A stretch of 64,000 bases of DNA, taken from Antedon mediterranea. Its lineage: Eukaryota > Animalia > Echinodermata. The translations under genes and the position numbers were made by a program. The DNA is taken from contig NC_092673.1 in NCBI RefSeq assembly GCF_964355755.1, positions 20,891,648-20,955,647 of the forward strand, written 5' to 3'. The notes beneath the pieces are model-generated. The model was not told where the DNA came from and did no database searches. It saw only the letters and a program-made list of their open reading frames with translations. Position 1 is the stretch's first letter. Each line of letters starts with the position of its first letter. This document shows positions 11,681 through 22,232 of this stretch, piece by piece.

Positions 11681-12310
11681 TGAGTATTTTTCTTATTTAC
11701 TCAATCAATATGGTTCCGTTTGTTTATTATCCAGGTGTTTTCACGCATATTCACCTAATTGATAAGAAGCAGTAATTGTATCTTGATAAAAATGTTGAAC
11801 ATTTTGTGAGAAGGTCTGTGCGATTGTCATCTGGCCTTTATTTAATGGAATATTATAACCGTATAATGTCCATTTATGAAAAATGGTGTTGGCTAATGTA
11901 TAGTAATTTAAAGGTTCCTTGTTAGTTAGACAAAAGAATCTATTTTAAAATTTAGTCGCGTGTCTGTATATTTTTTTAAATTTGTTGTTTCATACGCATC
12001 CAACAGCGAGTAACTTGCCAATTATAAGATGGATAAACTATTGTATAATTTAAAAAAAGTTATCGTGTTTATAAACTCTCATTTTAGGTTTAGGAAGTTC
12101 CATACATGATGTTAGAAGAGGCGATATGAGCAAAAACCTGTATTTTATGGCTGCCTTTTTGAAAATCCAAAATGGCGGCTTTTGCCAGGCCAACTTTTTT
12201 TGGTGGATATAGACCTCATATGACACAAATCAGTTGAGAAACACTTGTTTCTTATTTTTTCCCCGAGAAAGTGGAATATGGGATATTATAAAGTAGAGTT
12301 ACAATGTGTT

Positions 12311-12392
12311 ACAACCCTTGCACTAGGTCAGGATTGAACCCTGGACCTTGAGATTGGAAGGCAGGTGTAGGCCTACGTTAAGCACTACATCA
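12311..12392 (-). mobile_element. tRNA-derived SINE head fragment
   Basis: - strand GTAGTGCTTAA...CCTGCCTTCCAATCTCAAGGTCCAGGGTTCAATCCTGACCTAGTGCAAGGG, tRNA-like with a B box. Confidence 0.6.
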
Positions 12393-12569
12393 TGGCCATC
12401 ATTCAATACAAACATAGTCTCAATTTCAACTCGTAATATTGTTTTCCTTTGTGAGACAAAACATATCAAAACAACACTGTCACTAGTATTATGATAAACA
12501 TTTTATTGATAGGCATAGACTATATTATACACTAGTCACGTGAGGGGCATATTATTATTGAACTTTCAT

Positions 12570-12615
12570 TTAATAAAATCCAATTTTGCAAATCTTGTAC
12601 TGCCACAACCTATCC
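12570..12615 (-). CDS. DPT/HAAF-like coding exon 4
   Basis: DRLWQYKICKIGFY*; tacag acceptor. Confidence 0.9.
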
Positions 12616-14037
12616 CTGTAAAAAAATTTAAAAAATCACTTATTATCATAATTATGTTAATTAATAATTATATTATAAATAATATTTCATATCAGGCTAC
12701 TGTAATATAGTAAAATGTGTTACCGTAGTTGATAATGATATCAAAAGCATTAATTTATGATATCAGCTTTTGAGTTGTTATTAATAAGAAACATTTTATT
12801 GTTTTTAAAAAATCAAACGAGTACGAGTATTGATATTTTTATACGTACTCTTGATTGTCATCGTGGTTAGATGTTACTCCGTGAATCCAGTATCCAGCAG
12901 GTGCGGAATAATCGTGCCATCCGTGGTAATCGTGCACTGAGTTATCATAATGACAGTCGTAAAGGTAATAATCATCACCCAAACAACAGTGATACGTCCA
13001 CCTAAAAAAGAATATGAAGTATGAGTACGAAAATCGGTGGTGGAAAGTTCATCTGGATATTATTTTTCTTAAGCTTGTTTCCCACTAGGACGAAATGCAA
13101 AGATGCAACACACGGTAATTTGACAGCTCGCTTGTGATAGTTAACTCGCATAAACTTGGTTCTCACTAGGACGCAACGCAGGGACGTAAACGCAACGCAA
13201 GCGTGTTGATTAATGACAAGCGACAGTTCGAATAATCCATCGCTTATGATTGGTCAACTCAGTTACGTTGCGTCTACGTCCTTGCGTCGCGTCTCTACTG
13301 GTTGGGAACCAAGCATTGTATACCCATTCGCGTCAGAAGTTACAGAATGGCTACCATGCTAACGCGTTTTATTTAACAAATTAAAATGAGTCTTAACTAC
13401 AGATACCAATAAACGAAAGAATTGGTTCATAGGACTTAAACCAATGACTAAACGCGAAGCAAGTTTGATCACAGTCGACGAATCATCTTTGTGATTTGTC
13501 AAATGACGTTGCGCGTACGCGCGCCCTTACGTTGCGCGTTATAATGAGAACCAAGATGATCATTTTCAGAAGTTCCTTCTATTGGGAAGATTTTGATATT
13601 AAATTCTATCACTGACTGACATACCTTCGGTCCTCTTTGGTGTCATCATGCACACTGGATGCCCCAATAATCACCCCGCTTTCATAACAAGAGGCAACCA
13701 TTATCGCATCCCACCAGTTAACAAACGGAGTCTCATAACAGCTTCCGAAAGTTCCTGGAAAATCACTGTAAATATGTTTGCATTAGTATTACGACGGTGA
13801 ATTAATATTTATTTATAATAAAAAGAAATGTTATTAAAAAAAAATAATGTTTATTTTGTACCTGCATTGCATCTCAAACTGACGATCATGTTTTCCATTA
13901 TCGTATTGGGATACGACCCTGTAGACTGCTTGACCACCTGGACATGCCCAGTTTAGCGGCGCGTCCCAGTCGTTCTGCCACGCAGTCGAAGACGACGTTA
14001 ATACCAACAACAAGCAAATACACAGTAAGTTTTTCAT
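12570..14037 (-). CDS. Secreted dermatopontin / hemagglutinin-amebocyte aggregation factor-like protein, 171 aa, 4 coding exons
   Basis: Exons 13862-14037, 13625-13765, 12849-13001 and 12570-12615 sum to 516 nt in frame. Signal peptide then WQNDWD...DRQF..C, VNWWD...EDRRW...CC, EDRLW...C repeats. 5'UTR exon donor at 14320; AATAAA (-) at 12502-12507. Confidence 0.93.
12849..13001 (-). CDS. DPT/HAAF-like coding exon 3
   Basis: WTYHCCLGDDYYLYDC...GVTSNHDDNQ(E); tttag/gtacgt. Confidence 0.92.
13625..13765 (-). CDS. DPT/HAAF-like coding exon 2
   Basis: DFPGTFGSCYETPFVNWWD...HDDTKEDR(R); tacag/gtatgt. Confidence 0.92.
13862..14037 (-). CDS. DPT/HAAF-like coding exon 1 (signal peptide, repeat 1)
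   Basis: MKNLLCICLLLVLTSSSTA-WQNDWDAPLNWACPGG...DRQFEMQC; donor gtac. Confidence 0.93.
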
Positions 14038-14383
14038 TTTATCTAAAAATAGAATTGATTTATTGTATTTACTACATAAAAGGGTTCAAATCCAGAATTC
14101 TCATTCGCAAAGTAAAACACACCTTGATAAGTTAAGCATCGTTTACGTGTGTAAACTTTGGAAATTCGCCGGTGAAAGGGGTAAAGTGTTTAAACAGTGA
14201 TTGTGATATTCATTTTAGCACTAGCCACTAGCCCTTCCTGCCAAACCAAGAATCTTTGCATATTTTAACTATAGGCATATTATTAGTAAGTATTACAATG
14301 AGAAGAATGTCCTAACTTACCCGTGTTCAGCGTGTATTGTTAGTGCTCGATGTTTTCAAAGTTGTTTTTGTCACTGTGTTAGA

Positions 14384-14448
14384 TGACGTCATCTTTTGAT
14401 GATAAACTGTCATATTTATCAGTTTAGTTTATTTAGTGATTTTTATCT
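14384..14448 (-). promoter_or_regulatory. Candidate proximal promoter module (CRE, Fox-like, GATA) of the DPT/HAAF-like gene
   Basis: Perfect TGACGTCA at 14384-14391, GATAAAC and TTATCT. The same block is conserved at 17429-17485 upstream of the paralog. Confidence 0.5.
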
Positions 14449-14767
14449 TGTTTTAATTAACTTTCTCGGTCCTGTCCACGTGACAACATGTATGACCGTC
14501 GAGGGAGCAGCGCACTGGTCACTTCACAGTATTAGTGTATAATTCCTCCTATTTTTCCACAGTGGAGTGCCCCACCGGAGGTGCTGACCGATCGTGGGCG
14601 ACCCATGTTGTTTGTTGTTGGTTTTTTTGTATATAATGTTTGTTGTTGAATATTGTCCGGCATGTATGTAACGTACATTTAAATGCATTTAAATGCATAC
14701 CAAACTGACAAGTACTCGCTTCTTTTGGTAGGCCCCTATACTGATAAATATTGTAAATGTAGGCCTA

Positions 14768-15090
14768 ATATTAATAATAATAATAATAATAATAATATTC
14801 TTGATTTACATAGCGCCAATGTTGTGAAACCTCAGTGCTGAACATTATTACCTCAGTCCTCTTTGGATCAAACACGTATGTAACCATACTCCCATAATGC
14901 ATCTAGTAATCAGCGCAAAGTTGTGTCTTAATCTAATCCGCTTCTCATTTATACACCTGGGTGGTGGAGAGAGGCAAATGTAAGTAAAGTAACTTGCCTA
15001 AGGATACAAGAAATGCGGCGAGAGTTGTAGTCGAACCTCGATCTCACGATCAGTAGTCGAACGTCCAACACACACTGCCCCACACGCCCT
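14768..15090 (-). mobile_element. tRNA-derived SINE with CORE-like segment and L2-like tail
   Basis: - strand tRNA-like head with GGTTCGAC, CCTTAGGCAAGTTAC core-like motif, ending GCGCTATGTAAATC...(TTA)n. Confidence 0.7.
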
Positions 15091-15614
15091 ATATTGTGAA
15101 TTGTGAATAAATGTGTTGTGTAGAATTGTTTTTAAAAATACTACAGATTAATAACTCTTATGCATACAACAACTTGCATCAGCAGTCTGTTCATTATTTG
15201 TTTCATAATAGGTCCAAATGATAAAGGTGGGAATTACTCATCTGCGACTATATTGTCTGTTAATCTAAAACGTGAACGGTAGATTTAAATTTGATGATGA
15301 AACACAACGACGTAGGCGCAATTTCACCAATCACGAGACGATGGATTACCCAAACTTGTGATTGGTCAACTCACTCGTTTAACGCGCGCCGTTATGTTGT
15401 GACCAATTTGGAACCAAGCCTTTATTGATAGAAAGTTAAGATTGAACAACACAATCATAATTTTTGCAAAGAAATGTTATTGATACTTTGATTGCATACG
15501 GTAACTTTTATCTAATACAATCCAATTTTGCAAATATTGTACTGCCACAACCTATCCCTGTAAAAAATAAAAAGCATTGTTTTATTCATCAACTACAGTA
15601 TACTTAATGATAGG

Positions 15615-15900
15615 ACACTCTGTAAAAAAAGTGTTTAGATCTTAAACATGTAGTTTTACCCACTTTTTCCACACATTTAGCTTTTAAACGCGTATTTATA
15701 TGTTTAGCGTGTTTAAAACCTAAACGTGTTGTTGTTTTCCTCAACTCGTTTAGCAGTCACTATTATGTTCAGTTAACATGGTTTAACGTTGCGTGCATAC
15801 GATTTTACTGTTGTGGAAAAAAAGCTTCACGCGTGAACTGGACGTCAACCAGCATTTCACGCGTCAGCGCGCATGGCAATCTGTTGTCGTCCTAGCTACC
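15615..15900. mobile_element. EnSpm/CMC-like MITE fragment (family of 59775-60230)
   Basis: CACTCTGTAAAAAAAGTGTTTAGATCTTAAACATG... matches the arm of the 59775 element. Confidence 0.65.
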
Positions 15901-15924
15901 GTCGTGTTTCGTAAACTCTCTAAT

Positions 15925-15956
15925 ATCAGCATCCTCCTCCTCATCATCATCATCAT

Positions 15957-15987
<31 letters not shown>

Positions 15988-16025
15988 GTCGTCGTCGTCG
16001 TCATCAGCAGCATCATCATTATCAT

Positions 16026-16057
<32 letters not shown>

Positions 16058-16128
16058 TCATCATCATAATCATCATCTTCATCATCATCATCGTCGTCGT
16101 CGTCGTCGTCGACAACGTCGTCTTCGTC
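15925..16128. repeat. Compound (ATC)n/(GTC)n/(AGC)n microsatellite
   Basis: Directly visible; explains the poly-I and poly-M ORFs. Confidence 0.95.
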
Positions 16129-17635
16129 ACTCCTCTTGTCTTGCGACGTGACGCGTCCCTCTATATTTTTATGATGCTGTTTTCATCTGTCATGGTTGGA
16201 TGGTTTTGTTGTCTGTGAATTCTATTCTATTTAGACCGTCTCAGTTTTTGTATGTAACTGTTTTCCCTACGTCACACCTACCTGGCCATACATCACACCC
16301 ACCGGGCCATACGTCATACCCCTCGGGCAATACGTCACACCCACCATTACATTGCATTTTTAAATCGCTGGCACTTTAGGACATACCTTCGGTCCTCGTA
16401 ATAATTCTCATGACAACTGTATGCGCCAATAAACACCCCGTTTTCATAGCAAGATGTTACAATTTTGTCATCACAATCGTTAACAAAATCAGTCTCATAA
16501 CAGCTTGTGAGGGTTCATGGAAAATCACTGTAAAATGGTGTAAAGTAGCTTGTTAATCTTACGTATAAATATTTATTCTATTTTTTTTTTATTGAATTTA
16601 GTTTTACCAACATAATTTACTTATTTAAAAAGTAATTTTTTATTTTAAAAGTTTATTTTATTTTCTTACCTACAATAAATGTTAAAGATGCGATCACGTC
16701 TATCGGTATGGTTACCGTTTGAACATGCCTATAGTCTAGTGGGCCGTTATAGTCGTTCTGCCATCCGATCGAAGACGACGTGAATGTCAACACCAAGAAA
16801 ATATGTAGTAAGTTTCGCATTTTGTCTGGAAAATAACTTTATTTATATTATTTTTTATTTATTTTATTCAATCGAAACCAGCAGCGATAATTACCGCCAC
16901 TAAAATTATGATACAAGCAAAGCCAGGACTGTTTAAAGCAACTTGATTAGTCCTAACATTGATCAAGAGCTTCTCTCGTCCAGTGCCCACCTTGACCAGA
17001 GGACAACCGGTGTTTCAACGTGGTAAAGCTGTATACTGACATGATTATTGAAAGATAAGCCTACTTTTAAATTCAAATTATGAATTCTCTCGCCGATAAA
17101 TATGACACAACAATGTTCTCAAATACAGGACTCATGTCGAGACGGTATCCAGCCGTTGCTGAACACCCTCCAAATAAGCGATATTTTGTTCATGAAGCCA
17201 CTTTTTACCCGGGTAAATAAAGCCTACTGTATATGAGTAACTAAAAATAAATTAAAAAAACAAAACAAATGCGTTATACGTTATCAGGCAACGTTGCGCT
17301 ATCGATTAAAACTATATAATATGAGTAACTTAAACAAATGCGTTACACTTACTCGCGTTGTCCTCATTGAGCCTGACACATGCGAATGGGTTTCCCTAGG
17401 CCTTTTATAGCAGAATAGTTGGATTCCGCGTCATCCTTGATAATAAACGGGCACATTAGTATAGTTTACTTAGCGATTGTTATCTCATTTTAGTTTTTTT
17501 TACGTGGCCACCGAGCTGAGATATGCCACCCGATTATGCAGCTGTCACTAGGTACTATCTAACAGACTATCACAAGTCAGTTAGATACATTGTTTTATAA
17601 TTCACCAGACTGCACGTGGTATTCGCTTTGGTAAT

Positions 17636-18239
17636 AAGGACTTTTAGATTTTCACTAGAAAAAATTAGACTATGTCGACTGCTACGCTAAACGTCATTTT
17701 TATGATATGCGCATGCGCTAGGCGACTGTCAGGTCGACTGGCAAATTTGAGCACTTGTTCAGTGGCATTTTGACGTTCGCTCTCTGACATGATATGACGT
17801 CATAACACTGCAAAAGTTTACCCAAATTATGGCTAAGAACCTGGCGATGATTTTCTGAGAATGTAGTAAAGTGATTTTCAGTCAAATTATATTTGCAAAC
17901 TGCGAATTATTGATTTGCATTGACTATTTCAAATAAAGCTTTTAATAACACAGGTAATGGCCTGGGTCTTATCACTAGGACGCCAGTCTTCGTCCAGAAA
18001 ATTAAGGATCTGGGCTAGGCCTAAACTACACACTTAACCTGATCTAAGCTCGTGTACTTTCACCGACCCTATACTACTACTATCGAGATTACAAGGTCAG
18101 ATCCCAAGCTCATTACGTCATACGTTAACTGGCACGTCAACTTAAATGTCCACTTACTAAAAGTTCTTATATCTGTCGACTGCGACCCATGTGGGCGGCG
18201 TGACCGTCGTGTGCACGTTCACTCAATCTAAAAGTCCCT
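17636..18239. mobile_element. PIF/Harbinger-superfamily-like non-autonomous element (3-bp AAT TSD)
   Basis: AAT|AAGGACTTTTAGATT...AATCTAAAAGTCCCT|AAT. Confidence 0.65.
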
Positions 18240-18894
18240 AATAATGGCAAAATTAGGAATAAAATAATAGCCTGAGCGTATACTCTCCTACATACAATGA
18301 ACATGGATAACTATCAGCTTCTTTGACTTGTTGTTTTTGAGATTGACATAAATATGATGTAGCACTACCACTAATGAACTAAATATTGGAATTAACTCTT
18401 TTGAGAATCGACAGTAGTCTATATTAATCTACCGTACGGTATAAAGATAAGTATGTAGATTTTATTCTACTAAACCACGGTTTTAAAAGTTCAGACGTTT
18501 GATCCATATTCCATCTTCCATATTAACGGATCGAGTCTACATGTAACATTAACACTATTGAATAATTTAGGTCTACATTTAAATTTTATTCTAAATTTGT
18601 AAAACACACGTTCCACTTTGCAACATTATACGGTTGATCGATTAACCGCTCAAGATTCTTAAGACTTTGAGTTTAAATTAGACGACGAATCTGGAGTAAT
18701 TTAACAATTAGAATTTGTCATCTTATCCCTCTTTGTCACCAAATCACGACAAGATCAGTTAAAGCGAGATGCTGAAAGTGTCAATGCTTTGCTGGTTATA
18801 GTTAAAATAGTATAGAAGAGTTTATAATTCCGGCGTATTTATTGTTATTCCAATTCATTAAAGATTATAACTAGTATGATTTCTATATATCTGA

Positions 18895-19057
18895 AGATCT
18901 GTCTACCGTATCAACCTAGTTTGACAAAAAATGTGGAGTGCCTAAATATGGTAGTGATATGCCTAAATATGGTAGTAATATGCCTATACATGACATCATG
19001 TCTATATAATGGGCACGTCACATTTCTTTGTTACATAATGTTTGATAGTGTAGATTT
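18895..19057. mobile_element. MITE family with TIR (GC)TCTGTCTACACTATCAAAC (also ~32390-32555, ~58680-58791)
   Basis: Shared AAACTAGTTTGA, TCACTACCATATTT and TTTGATAGTGTAGACAGAGC segments in three places. Confidence 0.7.
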
Positions 19058-20557
19058 GTTGTTTTTTTGTGAGATTTGTTTTTATTCAACAACGTCTTTA
19101 TCCAGGATTCACAATCAGGTAAATAAAAATCTGTTTTGCATTGTAAAGACAAATTAAAATACAAACCATGTGTTTACGTGGATCTCTATCGTCTAAAATC
19201 TACCTTTTTAAAATAAAATAATGACTATTTTTATTTTTCTGCAACCTGACGAATCGTTTTTATCATTTTATGAAATACTTAGCCTCCCCCCTAACCTATA
19301 TTGCTGGATGTGCCCCTGTATACGTAGCCACAACAATTACAGTGAAGTGACTAATCAAAAAACGAAAGTTCGGCAACAAGTCAGATTATTTTCTTTCTGC
19401 GGCAATTCATAATACATTGAACCTCTCCTTTGGTTTGACAGTTTGTCATTGGTGAAACTTTGGCTGGTAAATTTTCAACTATTCTTATTTTATTAAGTCC
19501 AGATCAATATTTTTGTTTATTTTGGTATATTTGTTTTTCTCGCTAAAGCAACGCAGCGACGTATCGACGTAAAGTGTGCGTAATCACAAGTGGGAACCAA
19601 CGACACAACAGTGCTGTAAACATCGCAGGTTTGATTTCATATTAGTTAAATTACTTTGTGCTGCGTACTAGTGAGAACCAAGCGTAAACCAATAAAGGGA
19701 TATTTTGGTTAGTGTCGACTGATAGGGGTACCCTATTAAGAAGACACTGTTTTTGGTCTCAAAGTTGTCCAATTAATAATGTTCTACTGTATTTAAATCA
19801 CCACAGTCGGTTTTAGTGTAAAATCGCAATTAATACTGTTTATTATTAATATATGTTATTTTCGATATTTGTTCCAATTTTTCTAAATCCGACTGCGTTC
19901 TGAATCCACGTCTGAATGACGTCATATTGCATGCCATGTGAATTAATAATATTTTCTGTTCATACTTTTGTGTTAGATTACATAGATTGTTTCTATATTT
20001 AGAAATAATGATAGTGAGAACATCACGTTGGTGTAGTCTACCATTAACTCTAGGTTTTTTAACGAAAGGACAGACTATTTTATTAATAAACTGCCCTAGA
20101 AAAATGACAAAAAAAACACAATGAAACGAATTAATTGTGTATAGAAACTAGTTCGACGTTCCAAATATTAATCTCATGACTTTATATGACTTGTATGTTT
20201 TTCATTTGTACGTTATTATTGAAGTAAAGCTTTTTTTAAAACATTAGAAAAATATGAGTATAGTGAAACCAAGGTCTGAACATTGCCACAATACAAATGT
20301 ATTTGCTACAACATTTCACAGTGGCTTAAGTGTTAAATATATATATACTCACTGTTACTATAAATCATTGTTTTGTGCAGTGTTGTGATTTAGCCTGTTA
20401 AAACGTAGTAAAATACATAATAGTATACATAAATATCAACGTAAAAGAATAGTACAAAATAAATAAGCATTAAATATTTGTTTTGGCGTTAGTAAAGATA
20501 ACATTGCTACCGTGAAGAAGGCATTAGTGCCTCTATCTATAATGTTATTAGTATTAA

Positions 20558-20870
20558 AGATGTATTGTCCCCCTGAAAAAATAATTCTTAATTAAGAAAA
20601 TTTTGTTGAATATTCCATTATGTAAAATAATAGTTATCCACTTTAAAAAAATATATATTTACACACAAAAAATGTAATTTAAAGAAAAAATTGTCAAATT
20701 GGCTGCCAGCCAATAGATTTTGGTTGAATTTAACCATTTGTTGTCATTTTATAAGTGAAAACATAATTTTTTCCCGTTTTTTTCTATGGAAGTGATTATT
20801 TAAAAATAACATATTCAAAGTCTGATTTAATTAATCTTCATTTTTCATGTTTTTGGGGGACAATACATCT
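20558..20870. mobile_element. Kolobok-like MITE, copy 2
   Basis: TTAA|AGATGTATTGTCCCCC...GGGGGACAATACATCT|TTAA, a perfect 16-bp TIR. Confidence 0.85.
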
Positions 20871-20954
20871 TTAATCTTGTTTCCCACTTGGACCATCGCG
20901 GTGCACATGTACTTGCGTTGTGTCAAAGTGTGAACCAAGTTTTATCAATGCATT

Positions 20955-22232
20955 TCACACTTCATTTGCATTTTCTAGTATATTTTCAGAATTTAAATCA
21001 AGTGCGTTATTGTCATATCCACTCTCAGAATATCTTCGATGGACGAACGAAGTTGTACTTTTATTATTCAATTCCATGTCTCCCGTATCTCCAGTCGTTG
21101 CCATATACTCTATATCGTCGTTAGTGTTTTCTGAAATATTGCTACACGAGTTATTGTTATTATTACCATTGTATTGTGTTTCCATCGTGTTTGTAGTCAT
21201 TGTTTTATTTCTTGTAATTGTATTTGCTATGGTTTGAATATGTTCATGGCCGTTTGCTGCAAGATCAGAGTTTTCCTTGTCAATATTGCTGATATGTAAA
21301 CCTCGGCATGTATAACAGCTTAGAATGTACTTGTAAGCCCTTCGAAATTCTGAGTTCTGTGCATAAATGAGTGGATTCAATGTACTATTTACGTAGCCTA
21401 GCCATACAAATACGTCAAACAACTTTGGGGTTATACACCGGTTACAGAACGGATCGATGATATTAACTACAAAGAATGGAAGCCAACATGCAATAAAAAC
21501 ACCCATGATGATACCCAATGTTTTGGCAGCTTTCCTTTCACGCGCCATGTTAGTCCTGCTCGTTTCAAACGGTTTGTCATAAACTGCTATTTGGCGCGCT
21601 TGTTTCCGAGCGACTGCGAAGATTCTGGAATAGATGAACACCATGACGATCATTGGCAGGTAGAACGATATAAGCGAACTGATGACGGCAAACCTACCAC
21701 TCAGGATTAAAACACAGAAGTACTTGTCGTCATAGAAGCCGGCAGCCTGTGCATCAGCGTCAATGTGGAAGTCTAGAATTACAGGAAGCACAGATATAAG
21801 AAATGACACTAGCCACACTAATGCTACAAGTATGGCAGCGGAGTTTTGAGTTATCCTCTGCGTGTAAGTGAAAGGTGACGTTATGGCAAGGTATCGATCA
21901 CAAGCAATGACACAAAGGTTTAATATACTGGATGTACAGGCTAAGATATCGAAACTTTGATACACACCACAGAAGGACAGACCAAAGTGCCAGGTACCGG
22001 TAATAATAAAGTTGGCGTTAAACGGCATGACAAATACCGACACCATTAGGTCCGCAACTGCGAGAGAGACAATGAAAACGTTAGCAACTCTATGGAGACG
22101 CTCAACCACTAATACGCTAACAATAACTAGTATGTTACCTGCGATTGAGATAAACACCAAGGCGTATAAAACAAGTCCAATAGTCGCCATTTCAGCTGTC
22201 GAATACTTATTTTCTGTTCCATTTACATCCAT
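20955..22232 (-). CDS. Intronless aminergic GPCR, D1-like dopamine / beta-adrenergic-type (predicted Gs-coupled), 425 aa
   Basis: First ATG (MDVNGT) at 22232; the ORF-track start is TTG. Seven TMs with GN, SLAVAD, TM3 Asp (FDILACTSSILNL), DRY, TM5 SSLISFYLP, CWLPFF and NPLIY; short IL3, long C-tail. Confidence 0.93.
   Translation of the reverse strand: MDVNGTENKYSTAEMATIGLVLYALVFISIAGNILVIVSVLVVERLHRVANVFIVSLAVADLMVSVFVMPFNANFIITGTWHFGLSFCGVYQSFDILACTSSILNLCVIACDRYLAITSPFTYTQRITQNSAAILVALVWLVSFLISVLPVILDFHIDADAQAAGFYDDKYFCVLILSGRFAVISSLISFYLPMIVMVFIYSRIFAVARKQARQIAVYDKPFETSRTNMARERKAAKTLGIIMGVFIACWLPFFVVNIIDPFCNRCITPKLFDVFVWLGYVNSTLNPLIYAQNSEFRRAYKYILSCYTCRGLHISNIDKENSDLAANGHEHIQTIANTITRNKTMTTNTMETQYNGNNNNNSCSNISENTNDDIEYMATTGDTGDMELNNKSTTSFVHRRYSESGYDNNALDLNSENILENANEV

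Larger units (their letters stand above)
15512..16820 (-). pseudogene. Tandem DPT/HAAF-like pseudogene
   Basis: Exon 1 16670-16820 (MRNLL...WQNDYNGPLDY; 151 vs 176 nt, frameshifted); exon 2 16387-16527 has GGA>TGA; no exon 3 found; exon 4 15512-15557 (DRLWQYNICKIGLY*). Confidence 0.88.

Noticed and set aside
15793-16218. Poly-Ile / poly-Met ORFs
   Set aside because: Trinucleotide microsatellite.
16513-16515. TGA as selenocysteine or readthrough in the DPT paralog
   Set aside because: It aligns to Gly, not Cys, and co-occurs with a frameshift and a missing exon.
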